From NCBI GenBank assembly GCA_964291415.2, contig OZ219918.1, forward strand, positions 224,001 to 288,000: 64,000 nt of DNA, written 5' to 3'. The notes beneath the pieces were generated by a model. It searched no databases, was not told the DNA's origin, and worked only from the letters and a program-made list of their open reading frames with translations. The position numbers were made by a program, and so were the translations under genes. Positions 26,866-36,760 of the stretch are shown one piece after another. The DNA is from Alphaproteobacteria bacterium. Its GTDB lineage: Bacteria; Pseudomonadota; Alphaproteobacteria; SP197. Numbering within the stretch: the first letter of the stretch is position 1; every line of letters starts with the position of its first letter.

Positions 26866-28953
26866 ATGACATCGCATAACGAACCGCTGACGACACGCGA
26901 TTCTCGCTACGACATCCTTTTCGAACCGGTAGCGATCGGACCGGTCACGGCGAAGAACCGCTTCTACCAGGTTCCCCACGCGACGGGCACCGGGTGCGCC
27001 ATGGCCAACACGCGCGCCGGGATTCGCGCGGTCAAGGCCGAGGGTGGCTGGGCAGTCGTGTGCACGGGCTACTGTTCGATCCATCCGACGTCCGATGATC
27101 GGCACTATCCGTTCTCGAGCCTGTGGAACGACGCCGACGTCAAGGCCCAGGCCATCATGGTCGATGCGGTTCACGCCCACGGTGCGCTGGCCGGCGTCGA
27201 GCTGTGGCACGGCGGTGGCGTGGTCGCCAACAAGGTGACGCGCGAGGCACCGCTGTCTCCCTCGGGGATCGGCGAGCCGGTCTGGATCACCCACCCGGTC
27301 CAGCCGCGCACGATGGACAGGTCCGACATCGCTCACCTTCTTTCGTGGCAACGCGACGCTGCGAAGAGGGCGCGCTCGGCAGGGTTCGACATCGTCTACG
27401 TCTATGCCGGCATGGGATACCTGCCGTTCCAGTTTCTGCTGTCACGCTACAATAAGCGGACCGACAGCTATGGCGGCGCCTTCGAGAACCGCGCGCGCCT
27501 GCTGCGCGAGATGATCGAGATCACCCGGGACGCCGTCGGCGATGACTGCGCGGTCGCCGTGCGCCTCACCGCCGAAGAGAACATGGGTGTGAGGGGCTTC
27601 CGGGGCGAGGTGGAGGGCGAGGCTCTCCTGGACCTGATCGGCGACTTGCCCGACCTGTGGGACGTCAAGCTGGGCTTCACCGACGACGGCGTGACATCAC
27701 GCTTTGCCGAGGAGGCGTACCAAGAACCCTTCATCCGCTACGTCAAGACGAAAACCGGCAAGCCGGTCGTCGGTGTCGGTCGCTTCACCTCGCCCGACAC
27801 CATGGTGCGCCAGGTCCGCGAAGGCATCCTCGACCTGATCGGCGCGGCGCGGCCCTCCATCGCCGATCCGTTCCTGCCCAGGAAGATCGAGGAAGGCCGG
27901 ATCGACGAGATTCGCGAGTGCATCGGCTGCAACGTCTGCGTGGCGACCTATGCCGAGGGCGTGCCGATCCGCTGCACCCAGAACCCGACCATGGGCGAGG
28001 AATGGCGCCGTGGCTGGCATCCCGAGAAGATCCCGGCACGGGGCAGCGATGACGGTGTCCTCGTGGTGGGAGCGGGACCGGCTGGCCTGGAATGCGCCCG
28101 TGCCCTCGGCCAGCGCGGATATCGGGTGACTCTGGCCGAGGCGGGCAGGGACCTTGGCGGAAGGGTGCTGCGGGAAAGCCGCTTGCCGGGCCTTGCCGCC
28201 TGGGGCCGCGTCAGCGCCTGGCGGCTCGGTCGCCTCGAGACCATGCGCCATGTCGAGATCTATCGCGAAAGCCGCCTTGCCGCCGCCGATGTCGTGGAAT
28301 TCGGCGCCAGCAGGGTGGTGCTGGCCACCGGAGCGCGCTGGACGACTCATTTGCCGGAAAGCCCAGACGGCGGCGAACCGGAGGTCGCGGTTGAGGTCAT
28401 GACGCCCGATGACGTCATGGACGGCCGCACGCCATCGGGCGCCGTGTTCGTGCTCGATCTCGATCCCTACTACATGGGCGGCGTGATCGCCGAGAAACTG
28501 GCTCGCGACGGCCACCAGGTCAGCCTCGCCACATCCGCTCCGGTCGTCTCGCCCTGGACAGACTACACCGGTGAACAGCACAGGATCATGGTGCGCCTCT
28601 TGGAGTGCGGGATCGACGTCGTGACGGCCCATCGTCTTGTCGCGGTCGATGACCGCGGCGCGGAACTCGCCTGCGTCTACGGCGGACCATTGCGCAAACT
28701 GGCCTGCGATACCCTGATCGTTGTCGGTTCACGCGCACCGGTCGACGATCTCGAGCGGGCGCTTGCCGAACGTTCCGACGACGTTGAGGCCGCCGGCATC
28801 GCAGAAGTCCGGACCATCGGCGATCTCCATGCGCCGGGCGCGATCGTCCATGCGGTGGCTTCGGGACACCGCTTTGCCCGCGAACTCGACGTCAGGGGCC
28901 CCGTTGTGCGCGTCGAACCGGGCGTCGGCACGTACGCGACAGCGAGCAACTGA
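26866..28953 (+). CDS. Trimethylamine/histamine dehydrogenase-like iron-sulfur flavoprotein (OYE-like family)
   Basis: KNRFYQVPH, KAEGGW, NKRTDSYGG, ARPSIADPFLP, CIGCNVC..C 4Fe-4S motif, TQNPTMGEEWRRGWHPE. Confidence 0.92.
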   Translation: MTSHNEPLTTRDSRYDILFEPVAIGPVTAKNRFYQVPHATGTGCAMANTRAGIRAVKAEGGWAVVCTGYCSIHPTSDDRHYPFSSLWNDADVKAQAIMVDAVHAHGALAGVELWHGGGVVANKVTREAPLSPSGIGEPVWITHPVQPRTMDRSDIAHLLSWQRDAAKRARSAGFDIVYVYAGMGYLPFQFLLSRYNKRTDSYGGAFENRARLLREMIEITRDAVGDDCAVAVRLTAEENMGVRGFRGEVEGEALLDLIGDLPDLWDVKLGFTDDGVTSRFAEEAYQEPFIRYVKTKTGKPVVGVGRFTSPDTMVRQVREGILDLIGAARPSIADPFLPRKIEEGRIDEIRECIGCNVCVATYAEGVPIRCTQNPTMGEEWRRGWHPEKIPARGSDDGVLVVGAGPAGLECARALGQRGYRVTLAEAGRDLGGRVLRESRLPGLAAWGRVSAWRLGRLETMRHVEIYRESRLAAADVVEFGASRVVLATGARWTTHLPESPDGGEPEVAVEVMTPDDVMDGRTPSGAVFVLDLDPYYMGGVIAEKLARDGHQVSLATSAPVVSPWTDYTGEQHRIMVRLLECGIDVVTAHRLVAVDDRGAELACVYGGPLRKLACDTLIVVGSRAPVDDLERALAERSDDVEAAGIAEVRTIGDLHAPGAIVHAVASGHRFARELDVRGPVVRVEPGVGTYATASN

Positions 28954-28964
28954 CCGGAAGCGCT

Positions 28965-29384
28965 CTACCGGGTCGCTCCTCGCTGTGCATTACGTTGTTC
29001 CGAGATCCACTCGTACTCGTAGCTCGTGATCTCGAACGGATTGCCGTAGGGATCGCTGAAGTAGATCGACCACGATGAATCGTGGTCCACAAGGTCGATC
29101 GTCACGTCGAGCACATCGCTGAGATGGTGTTGCCAACTGAGCAGCCCCTTGCCATCGACCTTGAATGCGATTGTTGCGTGATTGTGCGGCATTTCACGCT
29201 CGAACATCGCCAGATGGACGCTGCCGTCAGCATCCTGGATGGTGAGCGGCCCCCCGCCGGCGGCCCAGTTCTCAAGCGCTGCCACGCGCTCGAATCCCAG
29301 AACCTCACGGTACCATTCCTCTGCCTGCGGCCGGTCGGGCACATACACGTGGATATGGTCTATTCCTTGAAGTCCGGGAATCAT
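28965..29384 (-). CDS. VOC/glyoxalase family protein
   Basis: IDHIHVYV..WYREVLG, SIYFSDPYGNPFEI. Confidence 0.9.
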   Translation of the reverse strand: MIPGLQGIDHIHVYVPDRPQAEEWYREVLGFERVAALENWAAGGGPLTIQDADGSVHLAMFEREMPHNHATIAFKVDGKGLLSWQHHLSDVLDVTIDLVDHDSSWSIYFSDPYGNPFEITSYEYEWISEQRNAQRGATR

Positions 29385-29593
29385 GGCTACCCTCCTTCCT
29401 TATGAATCATCAACCGGGCGTCCTGCGCTTGGCATCGCTCCATTGTGTGCGCTGCCGTCCTGTTCGCGCAAGCTAGGGAGTGGTGCTCCCGGTTGATGCT
29501 GGTCGTCTTCAGCGCCCGTCCGTTCAGAACTCCACGGCACGGCACGCAGATTCAATCTGCGCAAAATCCCGACAGAACCTCAACATCTGGCTT

Positions 29594-30544
29594 TCATGGC
29601 CCCTTGACCTTGTCCCGGGCGAGGTGACGGAACAGCTCCTCTTCGCGTTCCCTGAGCAGCGCCGAGCCGTCGCGGTCGCTCCAGTCGTACACGCCCCGCC
29701 CCGATGGCAAACCGCGATGTCCCGCATCAACCAGCTCGGCAATCGCCGAAGCGGGTTGGGATCCCGTCTTCAGGTGCGGAATGAGGTAGGCTCCGAATGC
29801 GTGCAGCGTATCAAGGCCTCCGAGATCGGCCGACTCGATGGGTCCGGTGATCGCAAGACGTCGCCCGATGGATGCCTTGACCACCATGTCGATCGCCTCG
29901 GCCGATGCCACCCCCTCCGCCCACAGTGCCCAGGCTTCGCGCAGAATCGCGTACTGAAGTCGGTTGCCAATGAAGCCCGGAACCTCCTTGTCGACGATCA
30001 CAGGTTCCTTTCCGGCTGCCCGCAGGACATCGCAGAGCCACGGTGCCACGTCCGGGTCGGTCTCCGGCCCGGCGCAGACTTCGACGAGGGGAACGAGCTG
30101 CGGCGGATACCAGAAATGGGCGGCGACCACACGACCACGGTGTGTGACATTCGACACGAGTTCGCTGGCAGGCTGTCCGCTCCCGGAAGCGAGGACCGCC
30201 GACGGGGCGCAGACGTCGTCAAGCCGTCCGTACACTTCGTCCTGCACGCGCCGATCGGCTGGAACCGCCTCGAGGACGAGTTGCGCATCCGCCGCGTCCT
30301 CGAGTTTGATCGAGGTGCGGATGCGTCCGAGTGCTGCGCTCACTTCGCTGGACGTGACGAGCCCTTGCGTTTCGAAGGCGGCGAGGCTCTTCGCAATCCT
30401 GATTGTCGCTGCGGCGAGGCTCTCCTCGCGCCGGCCGATCATGACGACCCGGTGGCCCGCAGCTGCAAAAATCTGGGCCATGCCGTGGCCCATGAGGCCA
30501 TTGCCGACGACGGCAACGGTATCGAGCGTTGCGGGGACTGTCAT
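29594..30544 (-). CDS. 3-hydroxyacyl-CoA dehydrogenase family protein
   Basis: GNGLMGHG, AHFWYPPQLVPLVEV, PGFIGNRLQ. Confidence 0.92.
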   Translation of the reverse strand: MTVPATLDTVAVVGNGLMGHGMAQIFAAAGHRVVMIGRREESLAAATIRIAKSLAAFETQGLVTSSEVSAALGRIRTSIKLEDAADAQLVLEAVPADRRVQDEVYGRLDDVCAPSAVLASGSGQPASELVSNVTHRGRVVAAHFWYPPQLVPLVEVCAGPETDPDVAPWLCDVLRAAGKEPVIVDKEVPGFIGNRLQYAILREAWALWAEGVASAEAIDMVVKASIGRRLAITGPIESADLGGLDTLHAFGAYLIPHLKTGSQPASAIAELVDAGHRGLPSGRGVYDWSDRDGSALLREREEELFRHLARDKVKGP

Positions 30545-31077
30545 CGAACGTTCTCCTTCGCATGCGCTTGCCGCCGCACCCAGGCTTCAGCATGGCGTGG
30601 CGCATCTGTGGGAGTATGTGGACGCCCACACTGGATGCAAGCGCCCACCCGGCTTGCGTCAGTCTCGCCATCAGTGCGGTTCCCCGGTCTCCAGGCGATG
30701 CCGGCGGCAATAACTGGAAGAGGCCATGAGATCAGAACGGACACTGGACGAATTGGCGCATGACGGAAGATCCCGAACCCCCTGATATTGAAAGATGAAG
30801 TTTCTTGGTTGTCGGGTCTCCGGCATGTCCATGCCGTCGAGGCGGTCTGCACCCGATGGAGACCTCGGCTTTCCGGTCTGCGTGCTGAGGACATCCGAGC
30901 ATCCATGGAGCACCATGGGTCATGCGGCAAGGAGGCGTAGCCCCGCAAACTTGCGTCGTATCACCTCGGGTGGTGGAGTCTTCGTGGGACGAGGTGCAGG
31001 CCGGCATCCAGCGGTGGACCTGCCGCTGCGGTGTCCCGAGCGTTGTTGGGTTGATCCCAATCCAAGGAGTGCCGAGC

Positions 31078-31929
31078 ATGGAACTCTCACGTCTGCCGGC
31101 GAGCGCCGGCAAGGTTGCGATCCTCGAGGCGTTGATCGAGGCCGGCGCGGTCGTGGTCGAGGACATCTTCGATCGATCCATGGTGAAGCGTTGCTGGGAT
31201 GAACTCGCCGGCAAGCGGGAAGGGCACGGGCCGGGACCGACCATCCCCGGCGAGGAGAACGAGATCTTCTGGGGCCGCAACACGATCCGCTTTGCGAGTC
31301 TTGCCCAGCACAGTGACGCCTTCATCGAGATCATGCTGAACCCGCTCGTCAAGGAGGTCGCCGATTCCTTCCTGGAAGAGGTCGGGACCGACTACTGGAT
31401 GAACACGGCACAGTTCATCGGCATTGGCCCTGGCGAATCCGCCCAGGAGCTTCACCGCGACAACGATCTGTGGCAACGCGTCTGCGAGTGGGCCTGGCCG
31501 AAGATGCCGGAATTGAGCTTCAACACGCTCTTTCCCTTTCACACCGTTACCGAGGAGATGGGCGCGACGCGAGTCATTCCCGGCAGCCATCGCTGGAACG
31601 AAAGGGAACGGCGCCCCGATCCTGCCGAAACGGTGCCGGCAGAAATGGAGGCTGGCTCCGTTCTCTTCTACTCCGGCTACATGTTTCACGGTGGTGGCCA
31701 CAACAGGACGAAGGACATGTGGCGCTATGCCGTGCAGATGAGTTTCAACGCCGGCTGGCTGACGCCGGAGGAGGCGCATCCCCTGGCCGTCACGAGGGAG
31801 CGCGCGCTCGGGCTTCCCCGCCGAGCCCAGCGTCTGCTCGGCTGGCGCAGCTATCTGCCCGGAGGCGACGGCGGCTATGACCGACTGTGGGTCAAGGACT
31901 ATGAGGATATCCTGGCTGGCGAGGTCTGA
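31078..31929 (+). CDS. Phytanoyl-CoA dioxygenase (PhyH) family protein
   Basis: QELHRD, GATRVIPGSH, HGGGHN. Confidence 0.9.
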   Translation: MELSRLPASAGKVAILEALIEAGAVVVEDIFDRSMVKRCWDELAGKREGHGPGPTIPGEENEIFWGRNTIRFASLAQHSDAFIEIMLNPLVKEVADSFLEEVGTDYWMNTAQFIGIGPGESAQELHRDNDLWQRVCEWAWPKMPELSFNTLFPFHTVTEEMGATRVIPGSHRWNERERRPDPAETVPAEMEAGSVLFYSGYMFHGGGHNRTKDMWRYAVQMSFNAGWLTPEEAHPLAVTRERALGLPRRAQRLLGWRSYLPGGDGGYDRLWVKDYEDILAGEV

Positions 31930-32008
31930 TGGAACCCTTGACTCCGCGTGTGCCGGTGGTTCATGCCGGCCATGACATTCTTGCCGCTGGTCTCGAGGAG
32001 CAGGGCTC

Positions 32009-32773
32009 ATGCAGATTGACTTTGGCGACAGGCGCGTCCTGGTGACGGGCGGTTCGCGTGGAATCGGACGTGCCATCGTGGAGATGTTCCTGGAGTCCGG
32101 CGCGCGGGTCGCCCTCAATGGCAGCACGGAGGAGAGCACCGCCAGGGCCGTTGCCGAGATCGGCGCCGGAGACCGCGTCGTCGCGGCGCCAGGTTCGGTT
32201 GCCCATGTTGCCGACTGCAGACGAATCGTGGAGTCGGCCGTCGCGGGCCTCGACGGACTCGACGTGCTCATCAACAACGCAGGCTGGGGTGATGTCACGG
32301 AGCTCGGCACGACGACGGAGGAGAGCTGGAACCGGACCCTCGATACCAACCTCAAGGCCGTCTACTTCATGACCCAGTTCGCGGCTCCCCACCTCAGGGA
32401 AGCGAAGGGCTCGATCGTGAACTTCTCGTCGGTCTTTGCTCTGGTTGGCGCGCCCGGATCTTCGGTCTACGGCGCGGCCAAGGCCGGAGTCATCAACCTT
32501 ACCAAGGCTCACGCGCTGGAACTCGCACCTGACGTCCGCGTCAATGCCGTCTGTCCCGGCGGTGTCGACACCGACATGCTGCGCGAGATGGCGCTCACCC
32601 TCGCCGATTCGGTCGAGGAGGGTTACGCAATCCTCAAGGAAGACGCGACGGCTCTCAGGCGAATTGCGGACCCGCGCGAGCTTGCCGGACCGGTCCTCTA
32701 CCTGTGCTCGGACCTCGCACGATTCGTCACCGGTTCCGTTCACGTTGTCGACGGCGGAGAGACGATCGACTGA
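32009..32773 (+). CDS. SDR family oxidoreductase
   Basis: TGGSRGIG, NNAG, YGAAK, VNAVCPG. Confidence 0.93.
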   Translation: MQIDFGDRRVLVTGGSRGIGRAIVEMFLESGARVALNGSTEESTARAVAEIGAGDRVVAAPGSVAHVADCRRIVESAVAGLDGLDVLINNAGWGDVTELGTTTEESWNRTLDTNLKAVYFMTQFAAPHLREAKGSIVNFSSVFALVGAPGSSVYGAAKAGVINLTKAHALELAPDVRVNAVCPGGVDTDMLREMALTLADSVEEGYAILKEDATALRRIADPRELAGPVLYLCSDLARFVTGSVHVVDGGETID

Positions 32774-32905
32774 TACCGGTCACGTCGTGTCCCGGGACGG
32801 AGCATCGTGATCGAGCACCCCGAGCAGCCGAATGACACGCACATGATTCGCGCGTGCCAGCACTCCGATTTCGACCGTCGGTCGATATCGCGAGAACGGT
32901 GGTGA

Positions 32906-33799
32906 TCATGGCGCCGGAACCATGGCTTCGGTGACGGCCTCGAAGTCGTGTCCGCCGTGGCCGTCGGTGATTGCACGGGAAAGAAGGACATGAATGGCAT
33001 CCAGGTGGCCCGTATCGAGACCCGCTTTCCGGCTCTCCTCGATGACTTGTTCAAGTGAGAGCCTCCAGACATCCAGCGTTGCTCCCACGTCCTCGCCGTA
33101 ACTCCTGGTCGTGGCCGACGCCACCATCTTCTCGAGATCGGCCGACAAGGGGCCTTCACGCATGTAGTCCGACACCATGAGCCTCAGGAACACCGAGGGG
33201 TCCATGTCGGCTGCCCTGCACATCGCAGCGCCGTGCAGGGCTCCGACATAGGCGTGCAGGGCGAAGGCGAGTTGGCCGGCGACCAGAGTGGTCGCACCGC
33301 CCGGCGCTTCGGAAACATGAAGGAGGCGCGCCGAAGCGGCGCTCAGTGCAGGACGCGCGGTCTCGAATACCGGCGTGGGGCCGGAACACAGGATGGTCGC
33401 ATTGCCCGTGCGCACCGCCGAGGGATAGTCCTGGATCTGGGCTTCCAGGTAGGCGATGCCATGTCGTCCAGCCCATGCGTCCAGACCGCGCGAATCTTTT
33501 GCGGTCATGCTCGAAAGGACGACCAGCGTGTTCCCGCCAAGTGCTTCTGCCACTGCCGCGTTCTTCACGCTGGCGACAGTGGCGGCGTGGTCGCGCAGGC
33601 ATGTCAGGACGACTGTCCCGCGACGCACCGCTTCGGCAATGGTGGGAGCCGCCCGGTCGCCGTAGGGACGCGCCCGGTCGGGACGACGATTCCACACGCT
33701 CACGTCAAGTCCCTGCATGATCAGCCGGTCGGCAAACGCGCTTCCCATCTTGCCAAGACCCAGTACCGCTACCGCCGGCAAGCTCGAATCCGATGTCAT
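32906..33799 (-). CDS. NAD(P)-dependent oxidoreductase, imine reductase / beta-hydroxyacid dehydrogenase-like
   Basis: GLGKMGSA, VWNR, YLEAQIQDYP (IRED-like segment), helical C-terminal domain. Confidence 0.8.
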   Translation of the reverse strand: MTSDSSLPAVAVLGLGKMGSAFADRLIMQGLDVSVWNRRPDRARPYGDRAAPTIAEAVRRGTVVLTCLRDHAATVASVKNAAVAEALGGNTLVVLSSMTAKDSRGLDAWAGRHGIAYLEAQIQDYPSAVRTGNATILCSGPTPVFETARPALSAASARLLHVSEAPGGATTLVAGQLAFALHAYVGALHGAAMCRAADMDPSVFLRLMVSDYMREGPLSADLEKMVASATTRSYGEDVGATLDVWRLSLEQVIEESRKAGLDTGHLDAIHVLLSRAITDGHGGHDFEAVTEAMVPAP

Positions 33800-33845
33800 G
33801 ACAGCACCTTTCCCAAGACTGCGCGCGAGCGTCACGAACGCGGAC

Positions 33846-34343
33846 CTAGAAGAACGTCGACATGGTCCGCGGCACCAGAGTCTGGTCGAGAATGACCTTG
33901 CGACGCGCGATACGCCAATGCTGGCCATGGCGGCGGAGCCGGTCTTCGCGGCGTCCGACGTACATGACCTCCGTGCGCTCGAGGCGCGACTGGTAGACGA
34001 GGAGATTGCACCTGACGTCGAGCCCGTCATCGTTCGCTTCGCGGATCTCGACATTCGAGATGAAGTAGCGCATCCGCGAGGGTGGCTGTTCCGCATGGGC
34101 AAGCGACGAACGCAGGCGTTCGATGCGGGCGGCGAGGAACGCCTTGTCGTCGTCGAAGTACGCCATCTCGCCGTCGGCGGAAACAGCGTCGGGCTGCCCG
34201 TCGACCGTTTCGCGCGCCGGCATCCAGTAGCGCGCGTCGTCGGTGAAGAGATCGAGCCATTCTTCCAGGCGAAGCTCGCTCAGCAGGCGAACTTCGCGAT
34301 AGAGGAACTGTTCAACGCGGTGCTGCAGCGCGACGCTGACCAT
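33846..34343 (-). CDS. Aromatic ring-hydroxylating dioxygenase beta subunit
   Basis: EQFLYREVRLL, WLDLF..YWMP, ISNV, GRREDRLR. Confidence 0.92.
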   Translation of the reverse strand: MVSVALQHRVEQFLYREVRLLSELRLEEWLDLFTDDARYWMPARETVDGQPDAVSADGEMAYFDDDKAFLAARIERLRSSLAHAEQPPSRMRYFISNVEIREANDDGLDVRCNLLVYQSRLERTEVMYVGRREDRLRRHGQHWRIARRKVILDQTLVPRTMSTFF

Positions 34344-35657
34344 GGGACGTTCCAGACCAGGGCGAGTTCACAAGAGTCGCCCAGTGCCGATAGAAGTTCA
34401 GCTGGTTGGTCTCCGAGATGTACGGCGAAAACCGTCCGGGACATCCCTCAGGTCCGTCCAGCAACGGTTGCCCGACGTTCATCTGGTAGTTGAAGTCGAG
34501 CCTCTGTCCCACGACGCCCCGCGTCGCCTCGGTCACCTGCTCGAAATTCTCGGTATCGTCCTGCGCGGCGATACCGCTGACTGCCTGGATGCGCGTGTAG
34601 TCGACACGCGCGAGGTCCTTGATGACCTTCGGCGCATCCCGATCGACCGCGCACCAGTTCCAGGCCTCCAGACGATCGGGGCCCTTTGGAAGCCACAGGT
34701 AGAATCCGATCGGCCGCAACGCGCTGAAGTCATTGAACGAAAGATTGGGGAACATGTTGCTGAACGAGGGCGCGTAGACACCGGCCTGGCGTTTCGGAAA
34801 GGCCCTGATCAGTCGCTGCTGACACTCCTCGACATAGTCGACCACTTCCGGCCCGTAGGTTTGGCGAGTTCCCGGTCGACCTCGTAGCGCTCGCCGTCGA
34901 AGACGACTCCCGTCATGCCATGGCCGTTGTCGAGGCCGATGTTGTAGTACCGGGCCTCCTTGCCGCGGAAGTTCGGATTGGCCGGATTGATCTGCCGGAT
35001 GTCGAGCTTGAACATCGACCCGTGCGAATAGGGAAGATGATAGGTGTCGCCCGCAAAGTTCTCGCTGGCGATCTTCCAGTTGGCGTTGAGGGAATAGCGC
35101 TGGATGCCGGGAATGAACTCGATTCCTCCGACCTGGCGTTCGATCATGACATCCAGGTACCAGCGGAGATCTCCCAGGAAGTCGTCGAGACTCCCGGCTC
35201 CGGCGTCCCAGTTGCCGAAGATCATGCCTCCGTAGATCGCCAGGTTCGGGACCTCGAGCAGACCCCACCGCTCCCTGTCAAGGCGATCGCCGTAGGCCTC
35301 CTTTTCCAGAGGTACGCCCTTGAGCCGACCGGTGTTGGAGTAGGTCCAGCCATGAAAGCTGCAGGTGAACTGGCGGGCATTGCCGCGGTCCGCCCGACAG
35401 ACCTTCATGCCTCGATGACGGCACGAGTTCAGAAACGCCCGGATGATCCCGTCTTCTCCGCGACACACGAGAACGGGATCCTCACCCATGTAGGCCGCCA
35501 TGTAGTCCCCGGGCCTGGGGACTTGCGATTCATGACCGAGGAAGAGCCAGCAGCGTGCGAACACGCGCTCCAGCTCTACCTGGTAGATATCCGGGTCGAA
35601 GAATATCCTGCGGCTGACGAGTCCTTCATCGATCCTGACGTAACGGTCCGCCTCCAT
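34312..35657 (-). CDS. Rieske ring-hydroxylating dioxygenase alpha subunit, single frameshift near 34861
   Basis: CRHRG..CSFHGW Rieske motif, NWK..ENFAGDTYH..SH iron ligands, C-terminal QDDTEN and SETNQLNFY in the other frame; one extra A in an AAA run restores it. Confidence 0.9.
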
Positions 35658-35820
35658 GGGCCTCCCTCGATCGGTTCGAAGCCGACGATACGCCAACAGT
35701 ACCGGAATCCCGATCGAAACCCCAACGCGAGCCCGAAACTTCAGGACAGCTGCCGGCGAACGGCACCGGTCGACGAACGGGCTGCGATGGACCGGGACGA
35801 GAACCGGCCCGAGCGCGGGC

Positions 35821-36708
35821 CTAGTCGCCGAACCGGAACACCGCCGACATGGCGCAATGGTCGGGATGCGGATCGCGCCGTGGCTCTTCGCGGAAGGATC
35901 CCGGCGCCAGCATCGCCTGCGCGCCGCCTCCGGCCACCATGTGATCAATGAACGCCGGAAAGCGTGGATCGCAGCGGAACGGCACGTCCTTCGTCAACAG
36001 CAGCAGAGGCGCCGAGGCTGGCGAGAGCAGCCGCCACGCCCAGTCGTCGGCGAGCGTCAGGCGGCGGTTGAAATCTCCCAGGATGACGAAGGGCTGAGCC
36101 TGGGCCCGGCGGGTGTCGGCCCACGCCTTCAACTCCTCGATCTGGCCGCGCAGCGTCGCGCAGGTTTCCGCGCTCCCGCTGTCGCCGTCCTGACCGGCGC
36201 CCCAGCACCCGGTCTTGAGATGGACCGAGAGCAGGCGCAGTTCCCGGTCTTGCGACGTCACGACGATGTCGGTCGCCCATCGCTGGAACGCGTCGCCGGC
36301 GCCCAGCGTTGTCAGGTCTCCGTTGCGACGGTATTGGACGCCGTGCCTGATCGCGAACCCCGTCGCCAGGTGTCCGAGCCGTGCCTGAGGTCTGTCCCAG
36401 CAGGCCGGGCCGTTCTCCGCCGGCGGACGCCGCGACACTTCGACCTGCCAGTCGGATGCCGGAAACACCCGGTGCGCCGCTGCCACATTTTCCACCTCCT
36501 GGAAGGCGACGATATCGGCGTCCAGTTCGGCGACCCGCCCGGCGAGGACCGCGTAGTCGGCAGCGCTGCGCCCGACGCAGCCGGCGCCGTCGCTGTCGTC
36601 CAGGTGTTCCAGGTTCCAGGCCGCAATGCGCAGTTCATCGCCCGATCCCGATTGCGGCGCGAACGCCAGGACCAGGCACGCCAACACCCCCCATCCGGCA
36701 ACACGCAT
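35821..36708 (-). CDS. Secreted endonuclease/exonuclease/phosphatase family protein
   Basis: Signal peptide, AWNLEH, FQEV, VHLKTGC, GDFN, DHC. Confidence 0.9.
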   Translation of the reverse strand: MRVAGWGVLACLVLAFAPQSGSGDELRIAAWNLEHLDDSDGAGCVGRSAADYAVLAGRVAELDADIVAFQEVENVAAAHRVFPASDWQVEVSRRPPAENGPACWDRPQARLGHLATGFAIRHGVQYRRNGDLTTLGAGDAFQRWATDIVVTSQDRELRLLSVHLKTGCWGAGQDGDSGSAETCATLRGQIEELKAWADTRRAQAQPFVILGDFNRRLTLADDWAWRLLSPASAPLLLLTKDVPFRCDPRFPAFIDHMVAGGGAQAMLAPGSFREEPRRDPHPDHCAMSAVFRFGD

Positions 36709-36760
36709 CGTCGTCTCCTTCGCCTTCCGGTCCGCAACGCCGTTCCTGCAGGACGGGCCG

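Noticed and set aside
30545-31077. Long divergent intergenic region as a possible riboswitch or sRNA
   Set aside because: No recognisable conserved RNA motif by eye; needs an Rfam search
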